NCBI GenBank assembly: GCA_019428815.1
Contig: JAHYJW010000001.1
Location: 47,119-111,118 of the forward strand
Origin: Patescibacteria group bacterium
Lineage (GTDB): Archaea > Nanobdellota > Nanobdellia > Pacearchaeales > GW2011-AR1
Reading direction: 5' to 3'
Length of the DNA: 64,000 nucleotides
Program-made: the position numbers and the translations under genes
Notes under the pieces: generated by a model
What the model was told of the DNA's origin: nothing
Databases searched by the model: none
The model's input: only the letters and a program-made list of their open reading frames with translations
Part shown: positions 18,380 through 28,380 of the stretch, piece after piece
Numbering within the stretch: position 1 is the stretch's first letter
Layout: each line of letters starts with the position of its first letter

Positions 18380-19138
18380 ATGAAAAAGAAAACAAATAAA
18401 ATTAATTCAAAAAAACATTTTGTTTTTGATAAGAAAATCTCAAATAGGCTTTCTTTTACACTTTTGTTTTTAATCGTTTTAGTTATGATTTCTTTTTTAG
18501 TTTATGCAACTGTTCTACCTGGTTCAACACCAAATCCAGGACACAATATCCAGAATATCGGAGCTCCGGTAGGGTGCGGGGTAGGAGAATATTTACAGTT
18601 ACAAAATGATGGTACGGGAGGAGCCTTAGATCCAAATAGATGGTTTTGGGGATGTAGTTCCTCTCAGAATGCATCTTTGGGGTATCTCCCCCCTCCAAGT
18701 GGGAGTATTTTAAATGGGGCAGTTTTTTGCAAAGAGGGATTAACTCAGATTGATCAGAATAGTTTTACCTGCGATAGACCTGTAGTCTCTTATACTTACT
18801 ATTATTATCCTCGTCTTTATTCTATAGAAAATCAAAGAGTTGTAGCTTTTTGGAGCGATCCCCAAGATTCTGCAGAAGCAGATCTTATTTGTAATGCTTT
18901 AGAAGGAAGTGTTAGAGACCGAGACGTAGACATCACTTATGAACCTGGTCCTCAAGGAGGAACCGGTGCTCATATAACTCGTGGTATATCCTCTTCCTTT
19001 TACCTTTTTTGGGGTCCATATCAGGATGCCCCTGAAGGAAATCCTATTCGTTATATAACAAGTGTTACTTGTAAGAGACTTTTGACTGAGACAGGTCAAT
19101 GGGTAATTAGTAATGCAGACTATGAAAATTATTATTAG
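18380..19138 (+). CDS. Putative cell-surface/secreted protein
   Basis: Basic N-terminus plus a single TM/signal segment, then a Cys/Gly/Pro-rich domain (PNPGH..., six Cys). Confidence 0.65.
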   Translation: MKKKTNKINSKKHFVFDKKISNRLSFTLLFLIVLVMISFLVYATVLPGSTPNPGHNIQNIGAPVGCGVGEYLQLQNDGTGGALDPNRWFWGCSSSQNASLGYLPPPSGSILNGAVFCKEGLTQIDQNSFTCDRPVVSYTYYYYPRLYSIENQRVVAFWSDPQDSAEADLICNALEGSVRDRDVDITYEPGPQGGTGAHITRGISSSFYLFWGPYQDAPEGNPIRYITSVTCKRLLTETGQWVISNADYENYY

Positions 19139-19224
19139 GACTAACCATAATAATTCTCAATAAAATTTTAATTAGAACCTTTTTATTATGTTTTGTCTTA
19201 AAATTTTTAGAATTAATAAAGAGA

Positions 19225-19611
19225 TTACCTAATCAAACTTCCTTCTTGAATATCTTCATCTGGTTGTAAAAGACAGACCTTTGTTTCTTTTTCTTTATTA
19301 TTAAATAAATTTTCATCTGTTGCTGCAAGCAACATACCTTGACTTTCAACTCCTCTGATTTTTCTTTTTTCTAAGTTTGTAAATACAATACATCTCTTAT
19401 CTTTAAGTTGTTCAAGAGAATAATAGGGTTTAAGTCCTGCAACTAAAGTTCTTTCCCCTAATTCTTTACCTAAATTTACAATAATTTTGTAAAGTTTATC
19501 TGCTCCTTCAACATTTTCTACTTTGACAATTCTTCCAACTCTCAAATTAATCTTTTGCCAGTCAGAAAATTTAACTGTTTCAATATTTTCAATATTTTCA
19601 ATATGCTCCAT
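19225..19611 (-). CDS. Stand-alone tRNA-binding OB-fold protein (MetRS C-terminal domain / Trbp111 / CsaA family)
   Basis: LRVGRIVKVE..GADKL...RTLVAGL...NLEKRKIRGVESQGMLLA. Confidence 0.92.
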   Translation of the reverse strand: MEHIENIENIETVKFSDWQKINLRVGRIVKVENVEGADKLYKIIVNLGKELGERTLVAGLKPYYSLEQLKDKRCIVFTNLEKRKIRGVESQGMLLAATDENLFNNKEKETKVCLLQPDEDIQEGSLIR

Positions 19612-19645
19612 TTTTAAATTTTTTAAAAAAGTTGATTATTTTTTA

Positions 19646-20422
19646 TTAAGATCTTAAACCAAGTTTTTGCAAAAGTCTTCTGATTATTCTTTCTTGGTCC
19701 TTTTTAGAATTGTAAGGAACATCAAGAATTTTAGCTGCAATTTCTTTATAAGCCCTTGCAGCTCGACTTCTAGGATAAAAATGGACAACCGGACTTTTTA
19801 TACTTATAGACTTTCTAACGTACTCATCTTCAGGGACCATTCCTAAAATAGGAATCTCGATCATTTCTTTTACAACTTCAGAAGAGACCTCAATTTTATC
19901 TTTTCTAACTCTAGTTACAATTATTCCCATTATAGGTTTTTTTAGTTGTTCTGCAAGTTTTACTGCTTTTAAAGCATCAGTAACTGCTGGCATTTCTGGA
20001 TTAGTGACAATAATTAATTCATCAGCCATTTCTATAGCATGTGATGCTTCATTCCCTAAACCTGCTGCACAATCAACAATTATATTCTCAGAAATATTTT
20101 TAAATTGATCCTTAAAATCCTTTAATCTTTCTGACTTGGTTCTTTTTAATTCTTTAATAGAAAGAGAGGAGGGCATTACTTTCATCCCAGATTCATGTTC
20201 ATATACAGCTTCTAATGGGTCTACCTTACCTTTTAAAATATGATTTAAGCTTATTGGAACTTCTGCAGCATTTAGATGGATTCCTACATTTGGTGTTGAA
20301 AAATTCCCGTCTATTATTAAAACGTCTTTTCCAAAATGGTTCATAGCTGCTGCCAAATTTATTGCAGTAGTTGTTTTTCCTACTCCTCCTTTTCCAGATG
20401 TAATAACAATTATTCTTGCCAT
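19646..20422 (-). CDS. minD: MinD/ParA-family ATPase
   Basis: SGKGGVGKTT deviant Walker A, DCAAG, VTNPEMPAVTDA, C-terminal amphipathic helix. Confidence 0.9.
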   Translation of the reverse strand: MARIIVITSGKGGVGKTTTAINLAAAMNHFGKDVLIIDGNFSTPNVGIHLNAAEVPISLNHILKGKVDPLEAVYEHESGMKVMPSSLSIKELKRTKSERLKDFKDQFKNISENIIVDCAAGLGNEASHAIEMADELIIVTNPEMPAVTDALKAVKLAEQLKKPIMGIIVTRVRKDKIEVSSEVVKEMIEIPILGMVPEDEYVRKSISIKSPVVHFYPRSRAARAYKEIAAKILDVPYNSKKDQERIIRRLLQKLGLRS

Positions 20423-20451
20423 GTTATAGTTATAGATAATACCTTGGCTGA

Positions 20452-20907
20452 TTAAGCTAAAAGAAATTGCTTTGTTGTGCTTATAAACTTTTCGAGGTCT
20501 TCTGCGTATACTTTTAATTTATCTAAATTGATGCTTATTTCTCCCCCCCGATAAAACACCTTGAGGGTAACATTTTTTCTGAATTCTCCGGTTCTTTCTC
20601 TTCTAAGTTCTTCAATTTTTCTAAACATCTCATACATCTCAATAACTCTCAGAACACTTTTGTCTTTTTCAAAAAGTTTCTTCATTAAGTCTATTTTACC
20701 AATAGGATTAGGGGGAACTGCGGAAATTTTTTTCTTTTTTTTAGCAAATTTTAAAATTCCATCTATACTTGTCTCTATCATTCTCCTCCAACGTAGGATG
20801 AGATTCATAATCACGTCACACGTTTTAGTATACTTTAAACTCACATAAAGGAGGTGATCTGCACTTATTTTCTCCTGAATTATTTCTTCTATAATGTTCC
20901 CTTCCAT
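20452..20907 (-). CDS. Hypothetical helical protein (paralog of 20969-21439)
   Basis: ADHLLYV motif shared with its neighbour. Confidence 0.65.
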   Translation of the reverse strand: MEGNIIEEIIQEKISADHLLYVSLKYTKTCDVIMNLILRWRRMIETSIDGILKFAKKKKKISAVPPNPIGKIDLMKKLFEKDKSVLRVIEMYEMFRKIEELRRERTGEFRKNVTLKVFYRGGEISINLDKLKVYAEDLEKFISTTKQFLLA

Positions 20908-20968
20908 TTCGTATAAACTAGAATTATAACTTACTAAGCCTACGGGGTTTTTATATCTTTCTCAAAAA

Positions 20969-21439
20969 TCAAAAATTTCTCTTAAATTTTTGATTTGCTT
21001 TTCTTATAAGATTTTTTGCTAAAATCAAAAATTCTTTAACTTTCTCAAGAGTTAAAGTCTTGGGTTTTAGACTATTAGATAATATAACCACCTTGTCCCC
21101 CTTAACAAATTCAAAGGGGCTTTCGTTATGTTTTTCTATAAAATCAAACAATTCTTCAATTAAGAGAATATCCTCTTTGCTTACCTCATATTTAAATGCA
21201 CATTTTTCTGTGAAGGTTCTAAAATTTGATCTTGGGTCCTTATAAAGTGTTATTTTCTTGTATAAATACTCATATTGTAAGATAGAACCAATACAATAGA
21301 TAATTGAATTCTTTATTTCATTAAGAATCTTTAATAAAAGCCTTTTATCTTTGATTAAGGGGAAAGTTACATAGACCATATGATCTGCTGTTTTTATACT
21401 CTTTTCAGCATTTGTCAACCCTTCTAGGAATTTTTCCAT
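20969..21439 (-). CDS. Hypothetical helical protein (paralog of 20452-20907)
   Basis: ADHMVYV motif; similar length. Confidence 0.65.
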   Translation of the reverse strand: MEKFLEGLTNAEKSIKTADHMVYVTFPLIKDKRLLLKILNEIKNSIIYCIGSILQYEYLYKKITLYKDPRSNFRTFTEKCAFKYEVSKEDILLIEELFDFIEKHNESPFEFVKGDKVVILSNSLKPKTLTLEKVKEFLILAKNLIRKANQKFKRNF

Positions 21440-21544
21440 AGAAAAACCCCGCTTTTTTGGTTAATATTGTTTTTGGTGATTATAAAATAGGTATCAATTT
21501 CCTTATTTTTAGAATTAAAGGGATCTTATTTGATTAATTACCTT

Positions 21545-21883
21545 TTAACTTAGTTTTAAAATTGCTTCTGCTAAATCTCCGTTTGTTTCTTCTAATGCCT
21601 TTTTTGCATCTTCTTCTTTAGAGCTAGTTTTTTCCATAACAGTTTTGATATCTTCTTCAGAAATCGTATTTTCAGTCACTTCTTTTATTGTTCCTGAAAT
21701 TTGGAAATTTTCTTGGCCTTGCATGGAAATTTTAGTTACAGAAGGGTTTTCAATGATGATTTTTGTGTCATCTTCTTTTTCAATAATTACTCTTAAAGCA
21801 GAAATCTCTTCCTGGTTTATGCCTAGCTGTTTCATCATAGCCTGCATTTTTTTGGGATTTAAACCCCCTAATCCTGGAAGCAT
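21545..21883 (-). CDS. nac: Nascent polypeptide-associated complex protein
   Basis: NPKKMQAMMKQLGI...QENFQI; C-terminal UBA-like GDLAEAIL. Confidence 0.95.
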   Translation of the reverse strand: MLPGLGGLNPKKMQAMMKQLGINQEEISALRVIIEKEDDTKIIIENPSVTKISMQGQENFQISGTIKEVTENTISEEDIKTVMEKTSSKEEDAKKALEETNGDLAEAILKLS

Positions 21884-21928
21884 CTTAAATTTTTTTTATT
21901 TTTGGATAAAATTCTTTAATTTTAATTG

Positions 21929-22081
21929 TTAAATAAACTCTAAAAAAATTCTAAAAATTATAACTAAAATAATAAAAACTATTACATGTGAGGGTTTGAT
22001 GTTTATCTTACTCTTATATTCATCCCCAAATCTCATTAATCCTCCAAAACCTGCAGGCATTTGGACTTTATTATCTGCCAT
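21929..22081 (-). CDS. secG: Preprotein translocase subunit Sec61beta/SecG (50 aa)
   Basis: Not in ORF track. MADNKVQMPAGFGGLMRFGDEYKSKINIKPSHVIVFIILVIIFRIFLEFI: GL.RF.DE..K.P motif plus a C-terminal TM. Confidence 0.88.
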   Translation of the reverse strand: MADNKVQMPAGFGGLMRFGDEYKSKINIKPSHVIVFIILVIIFRIFLEFI

Positions 22082-22157
22082 ATTATCTTAAAAATTTTTA
22101 GTTATTTAAATTTATATTTTAATCAAATTCAAAGAGTTTTTAAAAGTTATTGTATTC

Positions 22158-24566
22158 TTGGTAATTATGAATCTGAAAGAATTAAAAAATTGGAATATTG
22201 AAGCTGAAAAGGAAATCGCTAAAAAATGGGAAAATTCTAATATTTTTAATTTTAATCCCAAAACAAGAAAAAAAGTATATTCTATTGATACCCCTCCGCC
22301 ATATGTCAATGCTCCCGTACATATTGGTCAGGCGATTACATACTGTTATATGGATTTTTTTGCAAGATATAAAAGGATGAGGGGTTATGAGGTACTTTTT
22401 CCATTGGGTTTAGATAGAAATGGGTTACCTATTGAAATTGCTGCAGAAAAGAAGTATAATATCTCTGCATTTAAAATGTCTCGTGCTGAATTCTTGGATT
22501 ATTGTAAAAAGTTATTAAACGAAACAAGTTACGAAACAAAAGACACTTTTTCAAGACTTGGTATTTCTTTTTCATCTTACAAAGAGGGAGGTTCTTTAGG
22601 TTCTGTTTATCTTACAGATTCAGAAGAATATAGAACTTTAACCCAGAAAACATTTATTGAACTTTACAAAAAAGGTTTAGTCTATGAAGATATGAGAATT
22701 ACAAATTGGGACCCTAAACTCCAAACAACAATTGCTGATTCTGAAATAGAATATAAAAATTTGTCTTCTACTTTTAATTATGTAAAATGGAAAGTAAAAG
22801 AAACTAATCAGGAAATTATAATTGCGACTACTAGACCAGAATTAATTTGTACTTGTGGTAGGGTTATATTTAATCCTAAAGATAAAAGGTATAAATCCCT
22901 TAATGGAAAAACTGCGATTTCTCCTTTATTTAACAAAGAAGTCCCAATTAAAGCACATCCTTTAGCGAGTTTAGAAAAAGGAACAGGTTTGGCTATGATG
23001 TGTTCTATGGGGGATCTTTCAGATATTCAGTTTTTTAGAGATGAAAAAATAAAACCCCTTATTGCAATTGATATTTGTGGAGAAATGAATAAAAATGCAG
23101 GCTTTTTGGCAGGTCTTAAAGTAAGAGAAGCAAGAAAAAAGATAATTGAAGAATTAAAAGATAAGGGCCTTTTAGAAAAACAAGAAAACATAACCCATCG
23201 CACACCTATTTCAGAGAGGTCTGGTGCAGAGATAGAATTTATAGAAATGCCTGAATTTTATTTAAAGCAACTCCATTTTAAAGATTTAATAAAAAAATTA
23301 TCTAAAAAAATTAAATTTTATCCTCAAACAGCGAGAAAGATATTAGATGACTGGATTGACTCAATTTCCATAGACTGGCCAATTTCAAGAAGGAGATTTT
23401 ATTCTACAGAAATACCTTTGTGGTATGCTTATGATAAAGATAAAAAAAATAAATTTATTGCGGTTCCACCATCAGGACATTATTACAAGCCTTGGAACGA
23501 AAAAGTTCCTTTAAATTCTGAAGTTTTTAAAGATCATAAAAAAGTTGGGCAAATTAAGGACCCTGAATTTAAGAATCTTCAATGGACTGGAGAATTAAGA
23601 GTATTTGATACCTGGATGGATTCTTCAATTTCAGAATTATTTATAATAAAATACCTTGAAAAAGAGGACTTTTTTAAGAAATCTTATCCAGTTAGTTTAA
23701 GACCTCAGGGTAAGGAGATTATCAGAACCTGGCTTTATTACACTCTTCTTAGGGGTTTTTTAGAAACTGGTAAAATGCCCTTTAAAGAAGTGTGGATAAA
23801 CCAGCATATCTTAGATGGTAAGAATAGAAAAATGAGTAAATCTTTAGGAAATGTTATTGATCCTCAATATCTACTATCTAATTATGGTGCTGAAGCAATA
23901 AGATTTTGGTCAGCAATTGAAGGAGATCTGTCTAAGCAAGACTTAAGCTGTTCAGAAGAGCGAATTAAAGCAGAACAAAAAACACTTAATAAAATTTTGA
24001 ATATTTCTAAATTTGTAATGTTATTTGAAAAACCAAAAAAAATTGATTTTAAAATTACCCCTTTAGATAAACTTTTTATTGATTATATTGAAGAACTAAC
24101 TAATTTTTCACAAAGAGAGTATGAAAAATATAACTTTTATGGTCCGGCCATAAAACTTCGTAATTTTTTATGGGATTTATTTGCTTCACACTACATTGAA
24201 ATTGTTAAAAATAGAGCTTATAATCAAGAAGAAAATTTTTCAGAAGAAGAATGTAAATCCGCTAAGTATACCCTTCATTTTTTATTAGAAAGACTTCTTA
24301 TTCTCCTTTATCCTATTATTCCCCAGATAACTTCTTTTATTTTATTAGAAAAGGGGATTAAGGTCTTAGATTCAAAATGGCCGGTTTCTAAAAATGTAAA
24401 ATCAAATTCTACTTTATTATCAGAGATAATTTCTTTTAATAGTAAAATCTGGAAAGAAAAAAAGGAAAAAGGATTAAGTCTTAAAAGTCAGATATCAGAT
24501 ATTGAAATTCCCAAAAAATTAAAAGACTTTGAAAAAGATTTAAAGATAGCACATAGTTTAGTTTAA
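22158..24566 (+). CDS. valS: Valyl-tRNA synthetase
   Basis: DTPPPY, HIGQ (HIGH variant), DWPISR, DTWMDSS, KMSKS. Confidence 0.93.
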   Translation: MVIMNLKELKNWNIEAEKEIAKKWENSNIFNFNPKTRKKVYSIDTPPPYVNAPVHIGQAITYCYMDFFARYKRMRGYEVLFPLGLDRNGLPIEIAAEKKYNISAFKMSRAEFLDYCKKLLNETSYETKDTFSRLGISFSSYKEGGSLGSVYLTDSEEYRTLTQKTFIELYKKGLVYEDMRITNWDPKLQTTIADSEIEYKNLSSTFNYVKWKVKETNQEIIIATTRPELICTCGRVIFNPKDKRYKSLNGKTAISPLFNKEVPIKAHPLASLEKGTGLAMMCSMGDLSDIQFFRDEKIKPLIAIDICGEMNKNAGFLAGLKVREARKKIIEELKDKGLLEKQENITHRTPISERSGAEIEFIEMPEFYLKQLHFKDLIKKLSKKIKFYPQTARKILDDWIDSISIDWPISRRRFYSTEIPLWYAYDKDKKNKFIAVPPSGHYYKPWNEKVPLNSEVFKDHKKVGQIKDPEFKNLQWTGELRVFDTWMDSSISELFIIKYLEKEDFFKKSYPVSLRPQGKEIIRTWLYYTLLRGFLETGKMPFKEVWINQHILDGKNRKMSKSLGNVIDPQYLLSNYGAEAIRFWSAIEGDLSKQDLSCSEERIKAEQKTLNKILNISKFVMLFEKPKKIDFKITPLDKLFIDYIEELTNFSQREYEKYNFYGPAIKLRNFLWDLFASHYIEIVKNRAYNQEENFSEEECKSAKYTLHFLLERLLILLYPIIPQITSFILLEKGIKVLDSKWPVSKNVKSNSTLLSEIISFNSKIWKEKKEKGLSLKSQISDIEIPKKLKDFEKDLKIAHSLV

Positions 24567-24617
24567 AAGATTACTTTGTTAGGTATTTTAAAAGGTTAGA
24601 GTATCTTAAGTTTTAAG

Positions 24618-25709
24618 ATGGCAAAAATTAGTAAATTAGAATTATCTGAAATTATTGAAGAACTTGAAGAATATAAAGGGCGAGCTACAGAATTAGTAAC
24701 GGTCTATATACCTGAAGGTCAAAATATTTACACTGTTAGTGATCAACTTGAGGCTGAAAAATCTACTGCAAAAAATATTAAGTCTACAACAACTAGGAAA
24801 AATGTTGGAAATGCTTTGGATAAAATCACTCGTCAATTGAAAGAATATAAAAAAACTCCTGAAAATGGATTAGCAATTTTTTGTGGAAATATATCCCAAA
24901 TAGAAGGCCAAGAAGATTTAAGAATTTGGGATGTTGAACCCCCCTTGCCTTTAAATACAAGGATGTATAGATGCGATAAAGAATTTATTCTCGATCCCTT
25001 AAAAGAAATGTTAGAAGTTTCTGAAGTTTTTGGACTTTTGGTTATGGATAGAAAAGAAGCAACAATGGGTCTTTTGAAAGGAAAAAATATTGAAGTTCTT
25101 CAAAAAATGACTTCGGGAATCCCTAGTAAGATTCGTGCAGGAGGCCAGTCAAGTCAGCGTTTTCATAGGATTACCGAAGGATTAACTAAAGAATTTTATA
25201 AAAGAATTGCAGATGAGATGAAGAATCTTTTCTTTAATATGCCTAAATTAAAAGGAATCCTTGTTGGAGGGCCGATTCCTACAAAAGATGAATTTTTAGA
25301 TGGAGATTACCTTTTGACACCTTTAAGAGTGAAAGTGATTGGCAAATTAGATCTGGGAGATAGTTCTGAATCCGGATTAGGAGAGCTTGTAGAGAAAGCA
25401 CAAGATATATTATCTGACCATGAAAGAACCCTTGAAAAAAAAGAAGTCGAACGTCTTTTTCAAAGTTTAGGTAAAGATCCTGAAAAAACAGTTTTAGGAG
25501 AAGAAAAAGTTAAGCGAGCACTTGAATTAGGTTCTGTTGATACGCTTTTTTTGTCAGAAAAAGTTCCAAAATCAAAAATAAAAGAATTAACTAAAATAGC
25601 TGAAGATATGAGTTCTGATATAAGACTAATCTCTACAGAGATTACTGAGGGAGAACAATTCTTTAATATTGGAGGAATTGGGGCGATTTTAAGATTCAAG
25701 ATATCTTAA
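24618..25709 (+). CDS. prf1: Peptide chain release factor aRF1
   Basis: NIKS, YRCD, GGQS, C-terminal GGIGAILRF. Confidence 0.97.
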   Translation: MAKISKLELSEIIEELEEYKGRATELVTVYIPEGQNIYTVSDQLEAEKSTAKNIKSTTTRKNVGNALDKITRQLKEYKKTPENGLAIFCGNISQIEGQEDLRIWDVEPPLPLNTRMYRCDKEFILDPLKEMLEVSEVFGLLVMDRKEATMGLLKGKNIEVLQKMTSGIPSKIRAGGQSSQRFHRITEGLTKEFYKRIADEMKNLFFNMPKLKGILVGGPIPTKDEFLDGDYLLTPLRVKVIGKLDLGDSSESGLGELVEKAQDILSDHERTLEKKEVERLFQSLGKDPEKTVLGEEKVKRALELGSVDTLFLSEKVPKSKIKELTKIAEDMSSDIRLISTEITEGEQFFNIGGIGAILRFKIS

Positions 25710-25802
25710 TTTGATTAAACTTTATAATTTGGATAAGTTAATCATCTTTTTTAAAATATTTAGAAATAATTAAAATTATTCCCAAATTTTCAGACTGATT
25801 TT

Positions 25803-26528
25803 TTAAATTAGTTGAACAAACCAATTAGGGAATATTCCTCCGTCGTTACAGTGATACGATTTTCGCGTAATTTGGTTTAAATTATTTCTTACAGTGATGT
25901 CGTATTCTCTCAAAAGTTCTTGATTTTCTTCAGAAATAACAAGTTGGGGAGGTTTAAACAAACTTGGTTTAAAACCGAAACAGTCCTCAAATATCTCTAT
26001 TGCTTCTTCAATTTCTGAAGCATTTATTTTTTCTTCAAACTCTTTGTAGGAGTGCATATAACCATGAAGTCCAATTGTTTTATTTAAAGAAAGAATCATC
26101 TCACACCATTCTGGATCTTCAGATACTGGAATTCCTTCAAATTTAGGGATTACCCAAATAGTGTTAAAGTTATATTTTTCAATCTCAGGACAATCAATAG
26201 AAGGGTGTAAATCATCTAATTGTGCAGGATTTACTATCCGGGTAAGTGATAAAAGGGGGATTATCAATAAGATAAACAATCCTAAGAGGATTAAAATCTT
26301 TTTTACTTTTTCTTTCCATTCATTGTTTTTATTCAAATCTCTCTTTTCAGATTTTTTATCCTGATTTTTTTTACTCTCTTTACTTTTTTTATTATCTTTT
26401 TTATTCCTTTTTTCATTAACAGTCGCCTCTTTTTTAAGAGGTTTTATAGTTTTTATTGGTCGTGCCTTTTTTCCATTATCTTTAGAAGAATTCTCTTTTG
26501 AAGTGTTTTTGTTTTTTTTCTTTTCCAT
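25803..26528 (-). CDS. Membrane-anchored NodB-like polysaccharide deacetylase (DUF2334-like)
   Basis: Lys-rich N-terminus, TM, then LDD, GLHGYMH, FKPPQ motifs. Confidence 0.65.
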   Translation of the reverse strand: MEKKKNKNTSKENSSKDNGKKARPIKTIKPLKKEATVNEKRNKKDNKKSKESKKNQDKKSEKRDLNKNNEWKEKVKKILILLGLFILLIIPLLSLTRIVNPAQLDDLHPSIDCPEIEKYNFNTIWVIPKFEGIPVSEDPEWCEMILSLNKTIGLHGYMHSYKEFEEKINASEIEEAIEIFEDCFGFKPSLFKPPQLVISEENQELLREYDITVRNNLNQITRKSYHCNDGGIFPNWFVQLI

Positions 26529-26554
26529 CTTAACTGTTAAATTTCTCTGGGATA

Positions 26555-27145
26555 ATGCTTATAAATAGTTTTTGGTACTTATTAATAATGGTTGAAATAG
26601 GTGATTTTGGGGAGAGTAAGAGTTTAGAAAAGTTTTCTGAAATTGATCACTTGAAAACCTTAGAGGCAATATTTTTTGTTTCTGGAAGATTTTTGAACAT
26701 GCAAGAATTGGTTTCTATTTCTGATTTAAATCCTATAATAATAAGGGAGTTAATAAATAGACTTAAGGAAAGATACTCTGAGGTAAACTCTGCTATCCAA
26801 ATTATTGAAAAAGGCGATAAAGGAAAAGAGATGTGGAAAATGGATATCAAACAAGAGTATTACTACCTTGCTAATAGGCTTGCTTCTGGGAGTAGTGAAT
26901 TTTCTAAAGCAGAAAAAGAAACTCTTGCGATTATTGCATACAAAGAGTTGATTAAACAGTCTGTAGTTATAAAGATTCGAGGAAATAAAGCTTATGATCA
27001 TATAAAAAAGTTCTCAGAACTTGGCCTCATTAAAAAGAAGAAAACAGGCCATACCTATGACCTTAGTTTAAGTGATGAATTTTATAATTATTTTAATGTA
27101 AGCGGAGAAGATATGAAAAAAAATAAAGGGAAGGAAGAAAATTAA
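26555..27145 (+). CDS. scpB: SMC-Scp complex subunit ScpB
   Basis: LEAIFF, ETLAIIAYK...IRG...HIKK motifs (real start probably 26588). Confidence 0.88.
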   Translation: MLINSFWYLLIMVEIGDFGESKSLEKFSEIDHLKTLEAIFFVSGRFLNMQELVSISDLNPIIIRELINRLKERYSEVNSAIQIIEKGDKGKEMWKMDIKQEYYYLANRLASGSSEFSKAEKETLAIIAYKELIKQSVVIKIRGNKAYDHIKKFSELGLIKKKKTGHTYDLSLSDEFYNYFNVSGEDMKKNKGKEEN

Positions 27146-27146
27146 T

Positions 27147-28379
27147 ATGGATGTTTTAACTATTATTTATCTGTTTTATGCATTTATAGGATTTTATTTT
27201 CTTTTTCTTTACTTTTTAGTCTATTTAAAAAATTATAACAAAATCTTTTCTTATCCCAAACTAACTAAAATTTATTCTTTAAGTGTTGTTGTTCCATGTT
27301 ATAATGAAGAAAAAAGTATCGGGAAAACGATAGAATCCATTTTAGGTGTAGATTATAAAGGACTTAAAAAAATTTTTGTTGTAGATGATTGCAGTTCTGA
27401 TAATTCATTCAAGATTATTCAGGAATATGCTAAAAAATATCCCGAGAAAGTTGTTGCATTAAAAACTCCTAAAAATACTGGGAAAGCTAGCGGCTCTAAA
27501 AACTATGGTGCACAATTTGCAGATACTGAATTAGTTGCATTTGTTGATGCAGATTCTTACCCTAGCAAAGACTCCTTGCAGAAAATGGTGGGTTATTTTG
27601 ATGATAGTAAAGTAGCAGCTGTAACTGCTCCGATCCTCGTTCAAAAGAGAGAGAAATTTATTGAAAAATTACAAGCTATTGAATATAGACTAATTGCTTT
27701 TTCTAGAAAAATTCTCGGGTTTTTAGACTCAATTTATGTTACCCCTGGCCCTTTAGCAATATACAGAAAAAGTTATTTTGATAAATTAGGGAGATTCGAT
27801 GAAGATAACCTTACTGAGGATATAGAACTAACCTGGAGACTTCTTTCAAAGGGATACCGAATTGAAATGAGCTTTCTTGCAAAGGTCTATACTGTTGCTC
27901 CTGATTTATTCAAAGATTGGTATAAACAAAGGATTAGGTGGAATGTTGGAGGAATTCAAACAATTGTAAAGTATCGAAAGTTCTTTGCAAAAAGAGGCAT
28001 TTTAGGTAGTTTTGTTTTACCTTTTTTTGTTTTTTCATGGGTTATTGGTCTCTTGGGAATTGGTATTCTAATCTATAGGGGGATTAGGAGATTAATTCTC
28101 CATTTCCTTGTAACTCAGTATTCTATAACTGCTCAAACAGCAATTTTAACCTTAAGAGATATAAATCTCAATCCTACTACGTTAATGATATTTGGAGTTG
28201 CATTAGTAATTCTTAGTACTTCCTATTCTCTTTTGGCAATTTTTCATCTTAAAGAGAAAGAATTTAAAAACATCCGCTTATTTAGTTTTGTAACCTATTC
28301 GTTTATTTATGTACTTGTATATCCGGTGATACTTGTTACATCTATAATCAGATATTTCAAAAAAATAAGATCTTGGTAA
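27147..28379 (+). CDS. Processive GT2 glycosyltransferase (cellulose synthase/IcaA-like)
   Basis: VPCYNEE, DDCSSD, DAD, TED, QRIRW; N- and C-terminal TM helices. Confidence 0.9.
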   Translation: MDVLTIIYLFYAFIGFYFLFLYFLVYLKNYNKIFSYPKLTKIYSLSVVVPCYNEEKSIGKTIESILGVDYKGLKKIFVVDDCSSDNSFKIIQEYAKKYPEKVVALKTPKNTGKASGSKNYGAQFADTELVAFVDADSYPSKDSLQKMVGYFDDSKVAAVTAPILVQKREKFIEKLQAIEYRLIAFSRKILGFLDSIYVTPGPLAIYRKSYFDKLGRFDEDNLTEDIELTWRLLSKGYRIEMSFLAKVYTVAPDLFKDWYKQRIRWNVGGIQTIVKYRKFFAKRGILGSFVLPFFVFSWVIGLLGIGILIYRGIRRLILHFLVTQYSITAQTAILTLRDINLNPTTLMIFGVALVILSTSYSLLAIFHLKEKEFKNIRLFSFVTYSFIYVLVYPVILVTSIIRYFKKIRSW

Positions 28380-28380
28380 A

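Noticed and set aside
20943..21451. 10-bp inverted repeat CGGGGTTTTT / AAAAACCCCG flanking ORF 20969-21439
   Set aside because: The left copy is part of a TATA-AAAACCCC promoter-like motif that recurs elsewhere (e.g. about 352-365); no transposase or target-site duplication
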